From contig CANJLK010000007.1 of the NCBI GenBank assembly GCA_947475465.1, positions 41,559 to 105,558 of the forward strand: DNA of 64,000 nt, given 5' to 3'. The stretch is from Caulobacteraceae bacterium (GTDB taxonomy: Bacteria > Pseudomonadota > Alphaproteobacteria > Caulobacterales > Caulobacteraceae). Under the pieces are notes generated by a model. It was not told the DNA's origin. It saw nothing but the letters and a program-made list of their open reading frames with translations, and did not search any database. A program made the position numbers and the translations under genes. Position 1 is the first letter of the stretch. Each line of letters starts with the position of its first letter. Positions 36,282 through 45,691 of this stretch are shown here, piece by piece.

Positions 36282-37244
36282 TCAGATCGCCACCTCGAGC
36301 CCGTCGTAGGCGCAGATCACCTCCAGCGGGGCCCGGTCCTCGCGAAGCAGTTCCTCGTAGCGCTTGGTCTCCTCGAACATCCGTTCGATGTCCTCGTCCG
36401 AATAGGTCGGCTCGTGGTGGAAGAGGGCAAGGCGCCTGGCGCCGGCCGCGCGGCACAGGTCCACGGCCACGATGTTCGACGAATGGCCCCAGTCCTGCTT
36501 CAGGCTGACACTGTCGCCCAGGGAATACATGGTGTCGCAGATCACAAGGTCGGCGCCCCGGAAGAACGCCTCGAAGGCCGCTTCGCTATCCATGTTCTCG
36601 AGCTTGTGCTCGCTGTCGGTGGAATAGATCACCGACTTGCCGCCGCGCGCGAAGTGATAGCCGTAGCTGTCGTGGCTGTGGTGCTGGCGGATCAGGGTGA
36701 CCGTCACCCCGGCGATCTCGGCGGGAACGCCCATCTCGTGAGTGACGAACTGGAATTTCGCCTGCAGCCAGTCGAAGGGCACGGGGAAGGAGATTTCCTC
36801 CTGTTGCCGGCGCAGCGCCTGCTCGGCGTCGGCGTGGCCGGAGTGGATCACCACCGTCGCGCCGGGATCGAAAGCCGGACCGAAGAACGGCATGCCCATG
36901 ATGTGGTCCCAGTGCAGGTGGGACAGGAAGATATGATAGGTCCGCGCGTGGCCGCCCGCGATCCGCCGGAAGGCGTCGATGCCGAACTCCCGGAAGCCCG
37001 AGCCCATGTCGCAGACGAAGAAGGCGTCGTCCGCGCCCTCGATCTCGACGCAGGAGGTGGCGCCGCCATAGGCGCCATAGGTGGAGAACGGCAGGGTCTG
37101 GCTGGCGAAGGCGGCGGCCTCGGCCTCATCGGCGAATTCGCGGCCGCTGGCGGCGAGCAGGGCGCGGGCGATCTTGCCCTGGATGGCGTCGGCCTTCTGC
37201 GCTACCGGCAGTGACCCGCGCGTTCCCCAAAATCGTACGAGCAT
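36282..37244 (-). CDS. MBL-fold metallo-hydrolase (Lactamase_B_2 / phosphodiesterase-like)
   Basis: FWGTRGSLP, YGGATSCVEI, SHLHWDHIMG, WGHSS, FHHEP. Confidence 0.92.
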   Translation of the reverse strand: MLVRFWGTRGSLPVAQKADAIQGKIARALLAASGREFADEAEAAAFASQTLPFSTYGAYGGATSCVEIEGADDAFFVCDMGSGFREFGIDAFRRIAGGHARTYHIFLSHLHWDHIMGMPFFGPAFDPGATVVIHSGHADAEQALRRQQEEISFPVPFDWLQAKFQFVTHEMGVPAEIAGVTVTLIRQHHSHDSYGYHFARGGKSVIYSTDSEHKLENMDSEAAFEAFFRGADLVICDTMYSLGDSVSLKQDWGHSSNIVAVDLCRAAGARRLALFHHEPTYSDEDIERMFEETKRYEELLREDRAPLEVICAYDGLEVAI

Positions 37245-37268
37245 CTGTTGCGGCCCCCCAGCCCTGGA

Positions 37269-37595
37269 TCAGTCCGGCCCCGCCGAATCCGCGATCTCGA
37301 AGAGCTTGTCATAGCGGCTGATCGCCAGGATTTCGCGCATCCGATCGTTGGGCGCGGCAAGGGTGATCGCCACGGTGTCGCCAGCCTCGCGTTTGGCCAT
37401 GGTCAGGGCCCGGAGACCGCGCGACGACATGTAGTCCAGCCCCGCCAAGTCGACCACCAGCGGCACGCTCGCGCTTCTGGCGTCGCGGACGGCCGCGATC
37501 AGGTGCTGTGAGAACAGCTCCCAGGTCGATTCATCCACCCGTCCCATGGGCCGTCCGACAACACGTCCGCCGGCGGTTTCTTGTGTCCAGTCCAT
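37269..37595 (-). CDS. STAS-domain anti-anti-sigma factor
   Basis: VVDLAGLDYMSSRGLRAL with phosphorylatable Ser. Confidence 0.9.
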   Translation of the reverse strand: MDWTQETAGGRVVGRPMGRVDESTWELFSQHLIAAVRDARSASVPLVVDLAGLDYMSSRGLRALTMAKREAGDTVAITLAAPNDRMREILAISRYDKLFEIADSAGPD

Positions 37596-37652
37596 CGTCG
37601 CTCCCATCCAGCGATGCTGGCACAGAATTCAAAAGGCCAACAGCGGCCAAGC

Positions 37653-39467
37653 TTAGATCGGCGCGCAGGCCTGCGTCAGCCATTCCCGCACCTCAGCCGG
37701 AACCCGTTCTCCGATCTCCGCCAGGACGCGGGCATGGTAGGCGTCCAACTGGGCGCGCTCCTCGTCGCTGAGCAGGCCGACCGTCACCAGCCGCCGGTCG
37801 ATGGGCGCCAGGGTCAGGGTCTCGAAGCCCAGCATCGGCCGCTCGCCGCCCGGGATGTCGGCCGGCTCGGTGACGAACTGCAGGGTCTCGATGCGGATGC
37901 CGTAGGCGCCCTCCTTGTAGTAGCCCGGCTCGTTGGAGACGATCATGCCAGGGCGCAGCGCGACGTTGCTGGGGGCCTTGGAAATCCGCTGCGGCCCCTC
38001 GTGGACGCCCAGGTAGGAGCCGACCCCGTGCCCGGTGCCATGGTCGTAGTCGAGCCCCTTGGCCCACAGCGCCATGCGCGCCAGCGCGTCGAGCGCCGAG
38101 CCGGTGGTGCCCACCGGGAACCGGACCCGGGCCAGCGCCAGGTGGCCCTTCAGCACCAGGGTGAAGCGCTCGGCCATCTCGGCGCTTGGCTGGCCGATGG
38201 CCACGGTGCGGGTGACGTCGGTGGTGCCGTCCAGGTACTGGGCGCCGGAATCGATCAGCATCAGCGAGCCGATCTCGGCCTGCTTGTTGAGCCGAAGTGT
38301 CGGGCGGTAGTGGACGATGGCCCCGTTTGCCGCGGCGCCGGCGATCGTGTCGAAGGACAGGTCCTTCAGCGCGCCCGTGGCCTCGCGGAACGCCTCCAGC
38401 CTGGAGACGGCGGTGATCTCATCGGGCGGGCTGGTCTGGCCCTCGGTGGCGAGCCAATGCAGGAAGCGCGTGAGCGCGGCGCCATCGCGGATGTGGGCCG
38501 ACTTGGTCCCGGCGATCTCGACGGCGTTCTTGCAGGCGCGCGGCAGGACGCAGGGGTCCTCAGCGCGCAGCACTGAGGCGCCGGCCTCACCCAGGGCCTC
38601 GAAATACCAGGCCGAGGACTGGCCGGGATCGACCACGACGGTCTTGCCCTTCAGCTCGGCCAGGGCCTGCGGCAGGTCGGCGGGCGTTTCCAGCCGCACC
38701 TCATTGCCCAGCCAGGCCGGCAGGTCGGCCGTGACCTTGGCGGGATCGAGGAACAGCCGCGCCGAGCCGTCGGCGTTCAGGATCGCCTGGCCGATCGGCA
38801 GGGGCGAGCGGATCACGTCGCCGCCGCGCACATTGAAGAGCCACGCGATGGAGGCCGGCGCGGTGATCACCGCGGCCTGGGCGCCCCGGTCGGCCAGGCC
38901 CTGGCCGAGGCGATGGCGTTTCGATCCGGAGTCCTCGCCGGCATATTGCAGCGGATGGGGCACGACGGGGGCGGCGGGCTGGGCGGGGCGCGCCTCGCCC
39001 CAGGCGGTGTCCAGCGGGTTGGGGCTGACCGGGCGCAGTTCGGCCCCGGCCTTGGCCGCGGCGGTCTTCAGCCGGTCCAGCGCATCGGGGCTGTGCAGGC
39101 GCGGGTCGTAGCCGATCACCTGGCCGGCCTGGGCGGCGGTCTCCAGGTAGGCGGGCACGCCGCCCTCCACCAGGTCGCGGATCTCGAACACCGTCTGGTC
39201 CACCTGGTCGCGGACCTGCAGGGTGTAGCGACCATCGACGAAGACGGCGGCCTTGTCCTTGAGGATCACCGCCGCCCCGGCCGACCCCGTGAAGCCGGTG
39301 GCCCAGGCCAGCCGGTCGTTGGCGGCGGGCAGATATTCGTTCTGATGCTCGTCCTCGTGCGGGGCGACGAAGCCGTCGAGGCCCTGGTCAGCCATGGCCT
39401 TGCGGATCAGGGGCACGTGCTTGGGCCCGAAGGAGCGGTCGGTGGCTTCGTCGAAGGTCTGGCGCAT
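37653..39467 (-). CDS. Aminopeptidase P (M24B family)
   Basis: DSGAQYLDGTTDVTRT, HGTGHGVGSYLGVHEGP, SNEPGYY, GIRIE. Confidence 0.95.
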   Translation of the reverse strand: MRQTFDEATDRSFGPKHVPLIRKAMADQGLDGFVAPHEDEHQNEYLPAANDRLAWATGFTGSAGAAVILKDKAAVFVDGRYTLQVRDQVDQTVFEIRDLVEGGVPAYLETAAQAGQVIGYDPRLHSPDALDRLKTAAAKAGAELRPVSPNPLDTAWGEARPAQPAAPVVPHPLQYAGEDSGSKRHRLGQGLADRGAQAAVITAPASIAWLFNVRGGDVIRSPLPIGQAILNADGSARLFLDPAKVTADLPAWLGNEVRLETPADLPQALAELKGKTVVVDPGQSSAWYFEALGEAGASVLRAEDPCVLPRACKNAVEIAGTKSAHIRDGAALTRFLHWLATEGQTSPPDEITAVSRLEAFREATGALKDLSFDTIAGAAANGAIVHYRPTLRLNKQAEIGSLMLIDSGAQYLDGTTDVTRTVAIGQPSAEMAERFTLVLKGHLALARVRFPVGTTGSALDALARMALWAKGLDYDHGTGHGVGSYLGVHEGPQRISKAPSNVALRPGMIVSNEPGYYKEGAYGIRIETLQFVTEPADIPGGERPMLGFETLTLAPIDRRLVTVGLLSDEERAQLDAYHARVLAEIGERVPAEVREWLTQACAPI

Positions 39468-39506
39468 GGATCAGATGTAGTCGCTCCGCGCGCGAGGGCA
39501 AAGCTG

Positions 39507-40370
39507 TCAGGCGCGGCGCAGCACCAGGGCCGACCAGGCGTCGCGGCGCAGGCGGCGTTCCAGCCGGAAGCCGCGCGAGACATAGGCCGCGACGATCCGG
39601 CGCTCCTGGGTGCGCAGCAGGCCCGAGAGGATGGCGATCCCGCCGGGCCTCAGCGCGCCACGGATATCCTGCGCGAGCGCCACCAGGGGCGGGGCCAGGA
39701 TATTGGCGAACACCAGGTCATAGGGTGCGGCCTTGCGGATCCGTGCGTCGTTCAGGCCGCTGGCGTGGAAGAACCGGGCGCGGGCCCGGTTCAACTGGGC
39801 GTTCTCATTGGCGATGCGGACCGAGGGACCATCGATGTCGGTGCCCACTGCGATGGCGCTGCCGGTGCGGGCCGCGGCGATGGCCAGGACCCCGGTGCCG
39901 CACCCCACGTCCAGGACGCGCGGATAAGCTTGGCGCTTCAGCAGCTGGTCGAAGGCCGCCAGGCACCCCACCGTCGTGCCGTGGTGCCCCGTGCCGAAGG
40001 CCGCGCCGGCCTCGATGCGAAGGTTCACGGCGCTGGGCGGGGCCAGGCCCTTGTCATGGGCGCCGTAGACGAAGAACCGCCCGGCGCGTACCGGCGGCAG
40101 GCCGGACAGCGCCATGGCCAGCCAGTCGGCGTCGGCCAGCTTCTCGGTGACCACGCGAAGCTCGGGATAGCCCGTGAGGACGCCGGTCAGGGCGGCCAGT
40201 TCCTCCTCGGTGGTGGGGAAGGCGTCGATGCGCCAGACGTCGTGGTCCTCGTCTTCCTCAAGGATGGAATAGGTCAGGCTTTCGGTGGCCGGCTCTGCGT
40301 CAATGGCATCGGCGGCGGCTTCGGCGACGGCGCGAGGGCCACGCGCTACAGTCTGGACGGCGTCGGTCAT
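39507..40370 (-). CDS. prmA: 50S ribosomal protein L11 methyltransferase
   Basis: [36 protein letters not shown]. Confidence 0.94.
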   Translation of the reverse strand: MTDAVQTVARGPRAVAEAAADAIDAEPATESLTYSILEEDEDHDVWRIDAFPTTEEELAALTGVLTGYPELRVVTEKLADADWLAMALSGLPPVRAGRFFVYGAHDKGLAPPSAVNLRIEAGAAFGTGHHGTTVGCLAAFDQLLKRQAYPRVLDVGCGTGVLAIAAARTGSAIAVGTDIDGPSVRIANENAQLNRARARFFHASGLNDARIRKAAPYDLVFANILAPPLVALAQDIRGALRPGGIAILSGLLRTQERRIVAAYVSRGFRLERRLRRDAWSALVLRRA

Positions 40371-40412
40371 CGCCCGCGTCTAACGGGGGAAGGCCCTGAA
40401 GGCGAGGGGAGA

Positions 40413-40853
40413 TCAGCCGATGATGGCTGGCGCCTCGTCCGCGTCAGACCTGGCCGGCGTATCCACAGGCTCAGGACCGCCGCCATCGAGGGACGGGTAG
40501 GTGACGTGGGGGGCCGGCGCGGGCGGCTGATAGTCGTTGACGGCTTCGGTCGTCGGTTCGACGGTTACGACGTCAGCTTCGGCGTAGCTCGCCTCCACGG
40601 ATACCGCCGCCGGCCGCGGGAGGTCGGCCGCCGTCGCCCGTTTCCAGTCGGTGCCGACCACATAGTCGGGCAGTTTGCCGTGGTAGTGGCTGTAGGGATT
40701 GTCGTCGAACGGCCCGGTGGACTGTTCGGCATTGGCGAAGATCTGCGGCCCTTCCGGCCTGTCGCCCACCGCATCGAGATGCGGCTGCATCGAAAACCCC
40801 ATCGTGAGCCCGGCCGCCAAGGCCAAGCTTGCTCCTGCCAACAACGCTTTCAC
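40413..40853 (-). CDS. Exported hypothetical protein
   Basis: AGGAGG RBS then GTG at 40853; signal peptide KALLAGASLALAAG; PDYVVGTDW motif; Pro-rich tail. Confidence 0.65.
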   Translation of the reverse strand: MKALLAGASLALAAGLTMGFSMQPHLDAVGDRPEGPQIFANAEQSTGPFDDNPYSHYHGKLPDYVVGTDWKRATAADLPRPAAVSVEASYAEADVVTVEPTTEAVNDYQPPAPAPHVTYPSLDGGGPEPVDTPARSDADEAPAIIG

Positions 40854-40982
40854 GGGGATCACCTCCTGGTGACCACATCAGTGCGCGGCGGCGGCGTTGG
40901 TTCACGCATTGCCCAACATCGTCTTGCGCGGGGCAAGCCCGAGAATGACTAGGCTGGGTAGTTCAATATGGAATGAAATTGC

Positions 40983-43325
40983 TTACGTCTTCTCCACGAA
41001 GCTGTCGATGACCTTCTTCTCGCCGGCCTTCTCGAAGGCGACGGTGAGCTTGTTGCCTTCCACGGCCTTGACCGCGCCGTAGCCGAACTTGATGTGGAAC
41101 ACCCGGTCGCCGCGCTTGTAGTCGCTGGCGGCGCTCTCGGCCGAGGTTGCGACAAGGCGGCCTTCGCCTTCGATCACCGCCTGCCGGCCCGGGTGGCTGC
41201 CCTTGTACCCTGAGGCCTGGGCGCGTTTCCAGCCGGGCGAGGAATAGCCGCCGCCGAACGAGGGGCTCTCGTCCCAGCGGCTGCCGTGCTGCTGCATCCC
41301 TGGCCCACCCCCATAGTACCCGGTCTCCGACGAGGCCTCGACGTTTGGCAGTGGCAGTTCGTCCACGAACCGGCTGGGCAGCTGGCTGGTCCAGCGGCCG
41401 TAGACCTGGCGGTTGGCCGCGAAGGATATGCGGGCTTCCTCGCGGGCCCGCGTGATGCCGACGTAAGCCAGGCGCCGCTCTTCCTCCAGGCCCTTCTCGC
41501 CGGTCTCGTCCATGCTGCGCTGGGAGGGGAAGACGCCCTCTTCCCAGCCGGGCAGGAAGACCAGGGGAAACTCCAGCCCCTTGGCGGAGTGAAGGGTCAT
41601 GATCTGCACTGCATCCGCCTGCGGCCCACGGTCGAGGTCCATGACCAGGGAGACGTGCTCCAGATAGGCCTGCAGCGTATCGAAATTGGCCATCGACTGG
41701 ACCAGTTCCTTCAGGTTCTCCAGCCGGGTCTGCGAGGTCGGGCCCTTGTCCAGCCGCAGCGCGTCGGTATAGCCGCTTTCTTCCAGCACCTGCTCCATCA
41801 GCCGGGCGTGGGCGGTGCGGTCCGCCTCGGCGCGCCAGCGGTCGAGGTCGCGCAGGAAGTTGGCCAGTGACGTGCGGGTGCGTGCGGCCAGCTCGTCGGT
41901 CAGCACCACCTGGCGGGCCGCGGTCACCGCCGGCACGCCATTCAGCCGCGCCACCTGCAACAGCTTCTGGACCGTGGTGTCGCCGATCCCGCGCTTGGGA
42001 ACGTTGACGATCCGCTCAAAGGCCAGATCGTCGTCCTCGGAGTTGATCAGCCGCAGATAGGCGTGGGCGTCGCGGATTTCGGCCCGCTCGAAGAAGCGCG
42101 GGCCGCCCACCACGGTGTAGGGGATCTGCAGGAGGACGAACCGCTCTTCGAACGCCCGCATCTGAAAGGAAGCCCGGACCAGGATCGCCATGTCGCGGTA
42201 TTTGCGCGGGTTCTTGTCTGTCGTGCCCTTCTTCGCCCGCTCGATCTCGTCGGCGATCAGCCGGCTTTCGGCCTCGCCGTCCCAGACGCCGCGCACCACG
42301 ACCTTTTCGCCGCCCTCTTCCTCGGTCCACAGCGTCTTGCCGAGCCGGCTCTTGTTGGCGGCGATCAGGCCGGAGGCGGCGGCCAGGATGTGGCTCGTGG
42401 AGCGGTAGTTGCGCTCAAGGCGGATCACCTTTGCGCCGGGGAAGTCGCGTTCGAAGCGCAGGATGTTGTCCACCTCCGCGCCGCGCCAGCCATAGATCGA
42501 CTGGTCGTCGTCCCCCACGCAGCAGACGTTCTGCCGCTTCTGGGCCAGCAGCCGCAGCCACAGGTACTGGGCGACGTTGGTGTCCTGATACTCGTCCACC
42601 AGAATATAGCGGAACCGGTCGTGGTACTCGGCCAGCACGTCCGGATTGCCGGTGAAGATCGTCAGGTTGTGCAGCAGCAGGTCGCCGAAATCGCAGGCGT
42701 TTAGCACCCGCAGGCGCTCCTGGTACATGCGGTAGAGCGCCTGGCCCTTGCCGCCGGCGAAGTGGGCGCTCTCGGCCGGGGGCAGGGAGGCCGGAACCCA
42801 GCCACGGTTCTTCCAGTGATCGATCAGCCCGGCCAGCATCTTGGGCGGCCAGCGCTTGGCGTCGATATTCTCCGCCTCCAGCACCTGCTTGATGAGCCGC
42901 TCCTGGTCGTCCTGGTCCAGGATGGTATAGTTCGATTTCAAACCGACAAGCTCGGCGTGTTTGCGCAGGATCTGCGCTGCGATCGAATGGAATGTCCCCA
43001 GCCAGCGCAGCCCTTCCGCCTGCGGGCCGATGATCGCGGTGATCCGTTCGCGCATCTCGCGCGCCGCCTTATTGGTGAAAGTCACCGACAGCAGCTCCCA
43101 CGGCCTCGCGCGGCCCGTGGCCAGGAGGTGCGCCAGCCGCGTCGTCAGGACCCGGGTCTTGCCGGTCCCGGCGCCAGCCAGAACCAGCACCGGTCCGTCG
43201 ACGGATTCGACGGCGTCGCGCTGCTCGGGGTTCAGGCCGTCCAGATAGTCGGCGGGGCGTGCGTCGGCCCGGGCCAGATCGCTGATCCGGACGGCGGGCG
43301 GCTCGTAAGGGGACTCGGAAGACAT
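40983..43325 (-). CDS. uvrD: UvrD/PcrA superfamily I DNA helicase
   Basis: LAGAGTGKT, VTFTNKAA, VDEYQDTN, VGDDDQSIYGWRGA, ERNYRS, MTLHSAKGLEF, EEERRLAYVGITRA; C-terminal Tudor-like domain. Confidence 0.95.
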   Translation of the reverse strand: MSSESPYEPPAVRISDLARADARPADYLDGLNPEQRDAVESVDGPVLVLAGAGTGKTRVLTTRLAHLLATGRARPWELLSVTFTNKAAREMRERITAIIGPQAEGLRWLGTFHSIAAQILRKHAELVGLKSNYTILDQDDQERLIKQVLEAENIDAKRWPPKMLAGLIDHWKNRGWVPASLPPAESAHFAGGKGQALYRMYQERLRVLNACDFGDLLLHNLTIFTGNPDVLAEYHDRFRYILVDEYQDTNVAQYLWLRLLAQKRQNVCCVGDDDQSIYGWRGAEVDNILRFERDFPGAKVIRLERNYRSTSHILAAASGLIAANKSRLGKTLWTEEEGGEKVVVRGVWDGEAESRLIADEIERAKKGTTDKNPRKYRDMAILVRASFQMRAFEERFVLLQIPYTVVGGPRFFERAEIRDAHAYLRLINSEDDDLAFERIVNVPKRGIGDTTVQKLLQVARLNGVPAVTAARQVVLTDELAARTRTSLANFLRDLDRWRAEADRTAHARLMEQVLEESGYTDALRLDKGPTSQTRLENLKELVQSMANFDTLQAYLEHVSLVMDLDRGPQADAVQIMTLHSAKGLEFPLVFLPGWEEGVFPSQRSMDETGEKGLEEERRLAYVGITRAREEARISFAANRQVYGRWTSQLPSRFVDELPLPNVEASSETGYYGGGPGMQQHGSRWDESPSFGGGYSSPGWKRAQASGYKGSHPGRQAVIEGEGRLVATSAESAASDYKRGDRVFHIKFGYGAVKAVEGNKLTVAFEKAGEKKVIDSFVEKT

Positions 43326-43375
43326 CGGAACATATGTAGCACACGCAGCCCCGGACTTAAGCCTTGCGCGGTGGA

Positions 43376-43588
43376 TTAGCGGGCTTGCGCGTGGGCCAGG
43401 GCCGCCAGTCGGCAGGCCGAGGCCAGGGGGCCGCCAGCGCGGCCATCGTCGATGCGGCCGATCAGGCCCGCAAGGCTCAGACCTTGCGCCTTGGCCATCT
43501 CGTCCAGCACCACCCAGAATTCCGGTTCGAGCGCGATGGAGGTCGCGTGGCCGGAAAGCAGAACGGAGCGTTTACGCAAGCCTGGCAT
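43376..43588 (-). CDS. Ribbon-helix-helix protein (RHH_4)
   Basis: LRKRSVLLSGHATSIALEPEFW...LASACRL. Confidence 0.88.
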   Translation of the reverse strand: MPGLRKRSVLLSGHATSIALEPEFWVVLDEMAKAQGLSLAGLIGRIDDGRAGGPLASACRLAALAHAQAR

Positions 43589-43678
43589 GGTGAACTTGTC
43601 GCTCCGTTCGCTGCGGCGATCAAACCTCTTGCATAAAGTTGACGGGGTCGTCATCTTTATGGGAATGCAGTTTCCCGG

Positions 43679-44479
43679 ATGACCCTCATGGCCCTTGTCG
43701 ACACAACCCGCGCTCCCGGCCGGCCTCGCGGGTCGGCCATGAAGATGGACTGGGTCCACGCCCTGCGCTCGCTCCGCCGCCTGCTCAACGACAAGGACGA
43801 CACCACCCAGGTGTTCGAGATCATGCGTTCGCTGAACGGGGCCTCGACCTCCAAGGGCTACCAGCGACTGCTCGGCACCATGGACGGCGGCCGCATCGCG
43901 TATGCCCGCGAGGAATTCGCCGCCCGGCTGATGGATGACGCTTGGCTCGACAGCCTGCCGGAAGGCAGCGTCGGCGCCGCCTATCGCACCTTCATCCGCG
44001 AGGAACAGCTGTCCGCCGAGGGCCTGGCCCAGGTCAGCCGGCAAGGTGTTTCGGCCATCGACGAACAGCACCCCTACGCCTGGTTCGGCCGCCGCACCCG
44101 CGACGTCCACGACATCTGGCACATCCTCTCGGGCTACAACCGCGACGCCCTGGGCGAATCCTGCCTGGTGGCCTTCTCCTACGCCCAGACCAAGGGCCTG
44201 GGCTGGGCGCTGATCGCGGCCGGGGCGGCCTGGCGCTCGCGCGGGACGAAATATCCGGTCGCCAAGGCGATTTGGCAGGGCTACCGGCGCGGCAAGGCCG
44301 CTGTTTGGCTGCTGGGCGAAGACTACGAGCGCCTGATGGCCGAACCTCTGGATGCGGCGCGCCGGCGCCTGAACATCACGCCCGCGACGGTCTACAATTC
44401 GATCCCTGTTGCGGTGCGCAACGGAACCCTGCCGGCGGCTAGTCCGTCTCGCGCTTCGACTGATCCAGCGCACGCCTGA
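43679..44479 (+). CDS. Coq4-family protein
   Basis: LPEGSVGAAY, RTRDVHDIWHILSGYNRDALGE (HDxxH-x11-E). Confidence 0.88.
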   Translation: MTLMALVDTTRAPGRPRGSAMKMDWVHALRSLRRLLNDKDDTTQVFEIMRSLNGASTSKGYQRLLGTMDGGRIAYAREEFAARLMDDAWLDSLPEGSVGAAYRTFIREEQLSAEGLAQVSRQGVSAIDEQHPYAWFGRRTRDVHDIWHILSGYNRDALGESCLVAFSYAQTKGLGWALIAAGAAWRSRGTKYPVAKAIWQGYRRGKAAVWLLGEDYERLMAEPLDAARRRLNITPATVYNSIPVAVRNGTLPAASPSRASTDPAHA

Positions 44480-44618
44480 GCCGTTCGGCTTCCAGCTTCA
44501 CGACCGTCGTTTCCGCCTTCGGGCGGCCGAACTTCACCCGGTTCTGAGCCGCCTGGGCCTTGGCGTTGGCCTTCGCCTTGGCCTTGCGTGCCCTGTTGAG
44601 ATTAATTGGTTCAACCAC
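44439..44618 (-). CDS. DUF4169 family protein (59 aa, not in ORF track)
   Basis: Own translation from GTG 44618: MVEPINLNRARKAKAKANAKAQAAQNRVKFGRPKAE...LDQSKRETD*. Confidence 0.85.
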   Translation of the reverse strand: MVEPINLNRARKAKAKANAKAQAAQNRVKFGRPKAETTVVKLEAERLRRALDQSKRETD

Positions 44619-44621
44619 GGC

Positions 44622-44647
44622 GAAACTTCACCACACCGCTGCTCGTT
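44622..44647 (+). promoter_or_regulatory. Possible EcfG/sigmaT promoter for the DUF2171 gene
   Basis: GAAAC-N17-CGTT (consensus GGAAC-N16/17-CGTT). Confidence 0.45.
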
Positions 44648-44682
44648 ACCCAAGCCTTCAGATGAACCCGGGAGACGAGACG

Positions 44683-44919
44683 ATGATTCAACCATCCCAA
44701 ATCGCAGCGCACATGGAAGTGGTGGGCTCCGACGGCGGCCACGTCGGCCGTGTCGACAAGGTCATGGGCGACGAGATCGAGCTGACCAAGCTCGACATCA
44801 GCTCCGGGCTCAAGCACCACATGATTCCGCTCAGCTGGGTCGAGATGATCGAGGACGACACCGTCCGCCTAAACCTCACCAAGGAGGCCGCCAAGGCCGC
44901 CTGGCGCACCAAGCACTGA
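44683..44919 (+). CDS. DUF2171 domain protein
   Basis: HMEVVGSDGGHVGRVDKV...IELTK...HHMIPLSWV; GGAG RBS. Confidence 0.88.
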   Translation: MIQPSQIAAHMEVVGSDGGHVGRVDKVMGDEIELTKLDISSGLKHHMIPLSWVEMIEDDTVRLNLTKEAAKAAWRTKH

Positions 44920-45103
44920 TCCCAAAGACTCCCGCGCTCGTGGACAGTGCGGGAGCCGGCGCCCCATCGGCGCACAGTTCGCCCCAGATTCTGCGCCGAC
45001 TTCACGCAGCCCGCGCGCCGCGCCCTTGAAGCTACGATGGCGACTGGTCCGCGGGCGACTTCCAGCCTCAGCCTTGGTCGTTCTGAGCCTGGGGGATTGG
45101 GCT

Positions 45104-45691
45104 ATGACGCAAAGCCGCAGAGAGATCGTCGCCTGGGTCGGCGCCCAGATCCTGCCGCATGAGTCCGATGTGCGGCGTTGGCTGGCGGCGTCGGGGACAG
45201 CGCCCGATGCGGTCGATGACATTGTCCAGGAGGCCTATTGCCGGCTAGCGGGGCTTTCCAGCGTCGAGCATATCCTCAACGGACGGGCCTATTTCTTCCA
45301 GACCGCCCGCAACATCGCCATCGAGAAGATCCGGCGCGCGCGGATCGTCCGCATCGACAGCGTGACGGAAATCGACGCCCTGAACGTCATGGATGGTGAG
45401 CCTTCGCCCGAACGCATCGTCGCTGGACGGCGCGAACTGCGGCGGGTTCAGACTCTGATCGAGGGCCTGCCGCCGAGATGCCGGGATATTTTCAAACTGC
45501 GACGCATCCACGGCATGCCGCAGCGGGAAATCGCCCGGCGGCTGGGGATCACCGAAAATGTGGTGGAGATGCAGACCATGCGGGGCTTGCGTCTGATCCT
45601 GCGGGGCTTATCGGAATACGAGAGCTCGCAGAAGCCCGAGCCGGGTGCAGGACGCCATGACCGAGCCACGGTCCGCCAGGGAGATCGATGA
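45104..45691 (+). CDS. ECF sigma factor (FecI-like)
   Basis: DDIVQEAY, RAYFFQTARN, LPPRCRDIFKLRRIHGMPQREIARRLGI. Confidence 0.92.
   Translation: MTQSRREIVAWVGAQILPHESDVRRWLAASGTAPDAVDDIVQEAYCRLAGLSSVEHILNGRAYFFQTARNIAIEKIRRARIVRIDSVTEIDALNVMDGEPSPERIVAGRRELRRVQTLIEGLPPRCRDIFKLRRIHGMPQREIARRLGITENVVEMQTMRGLRLILRGLSEYESSQKPEPGAGRHDRATVRQGDR

Noticed and set aside
43317-43331. LexA box at the uvrD start (GTTC-N7-TTCC on the minus strand)
   Set aside because: Second half-site has two mismatches and lies in the coding sequence; insufficient support.
43376-44473. 365-aa minus-strand ORF
   Set aside because: Only the last 70 aa (RHH) are real; the rest is antisense to the Coq4-like gene.
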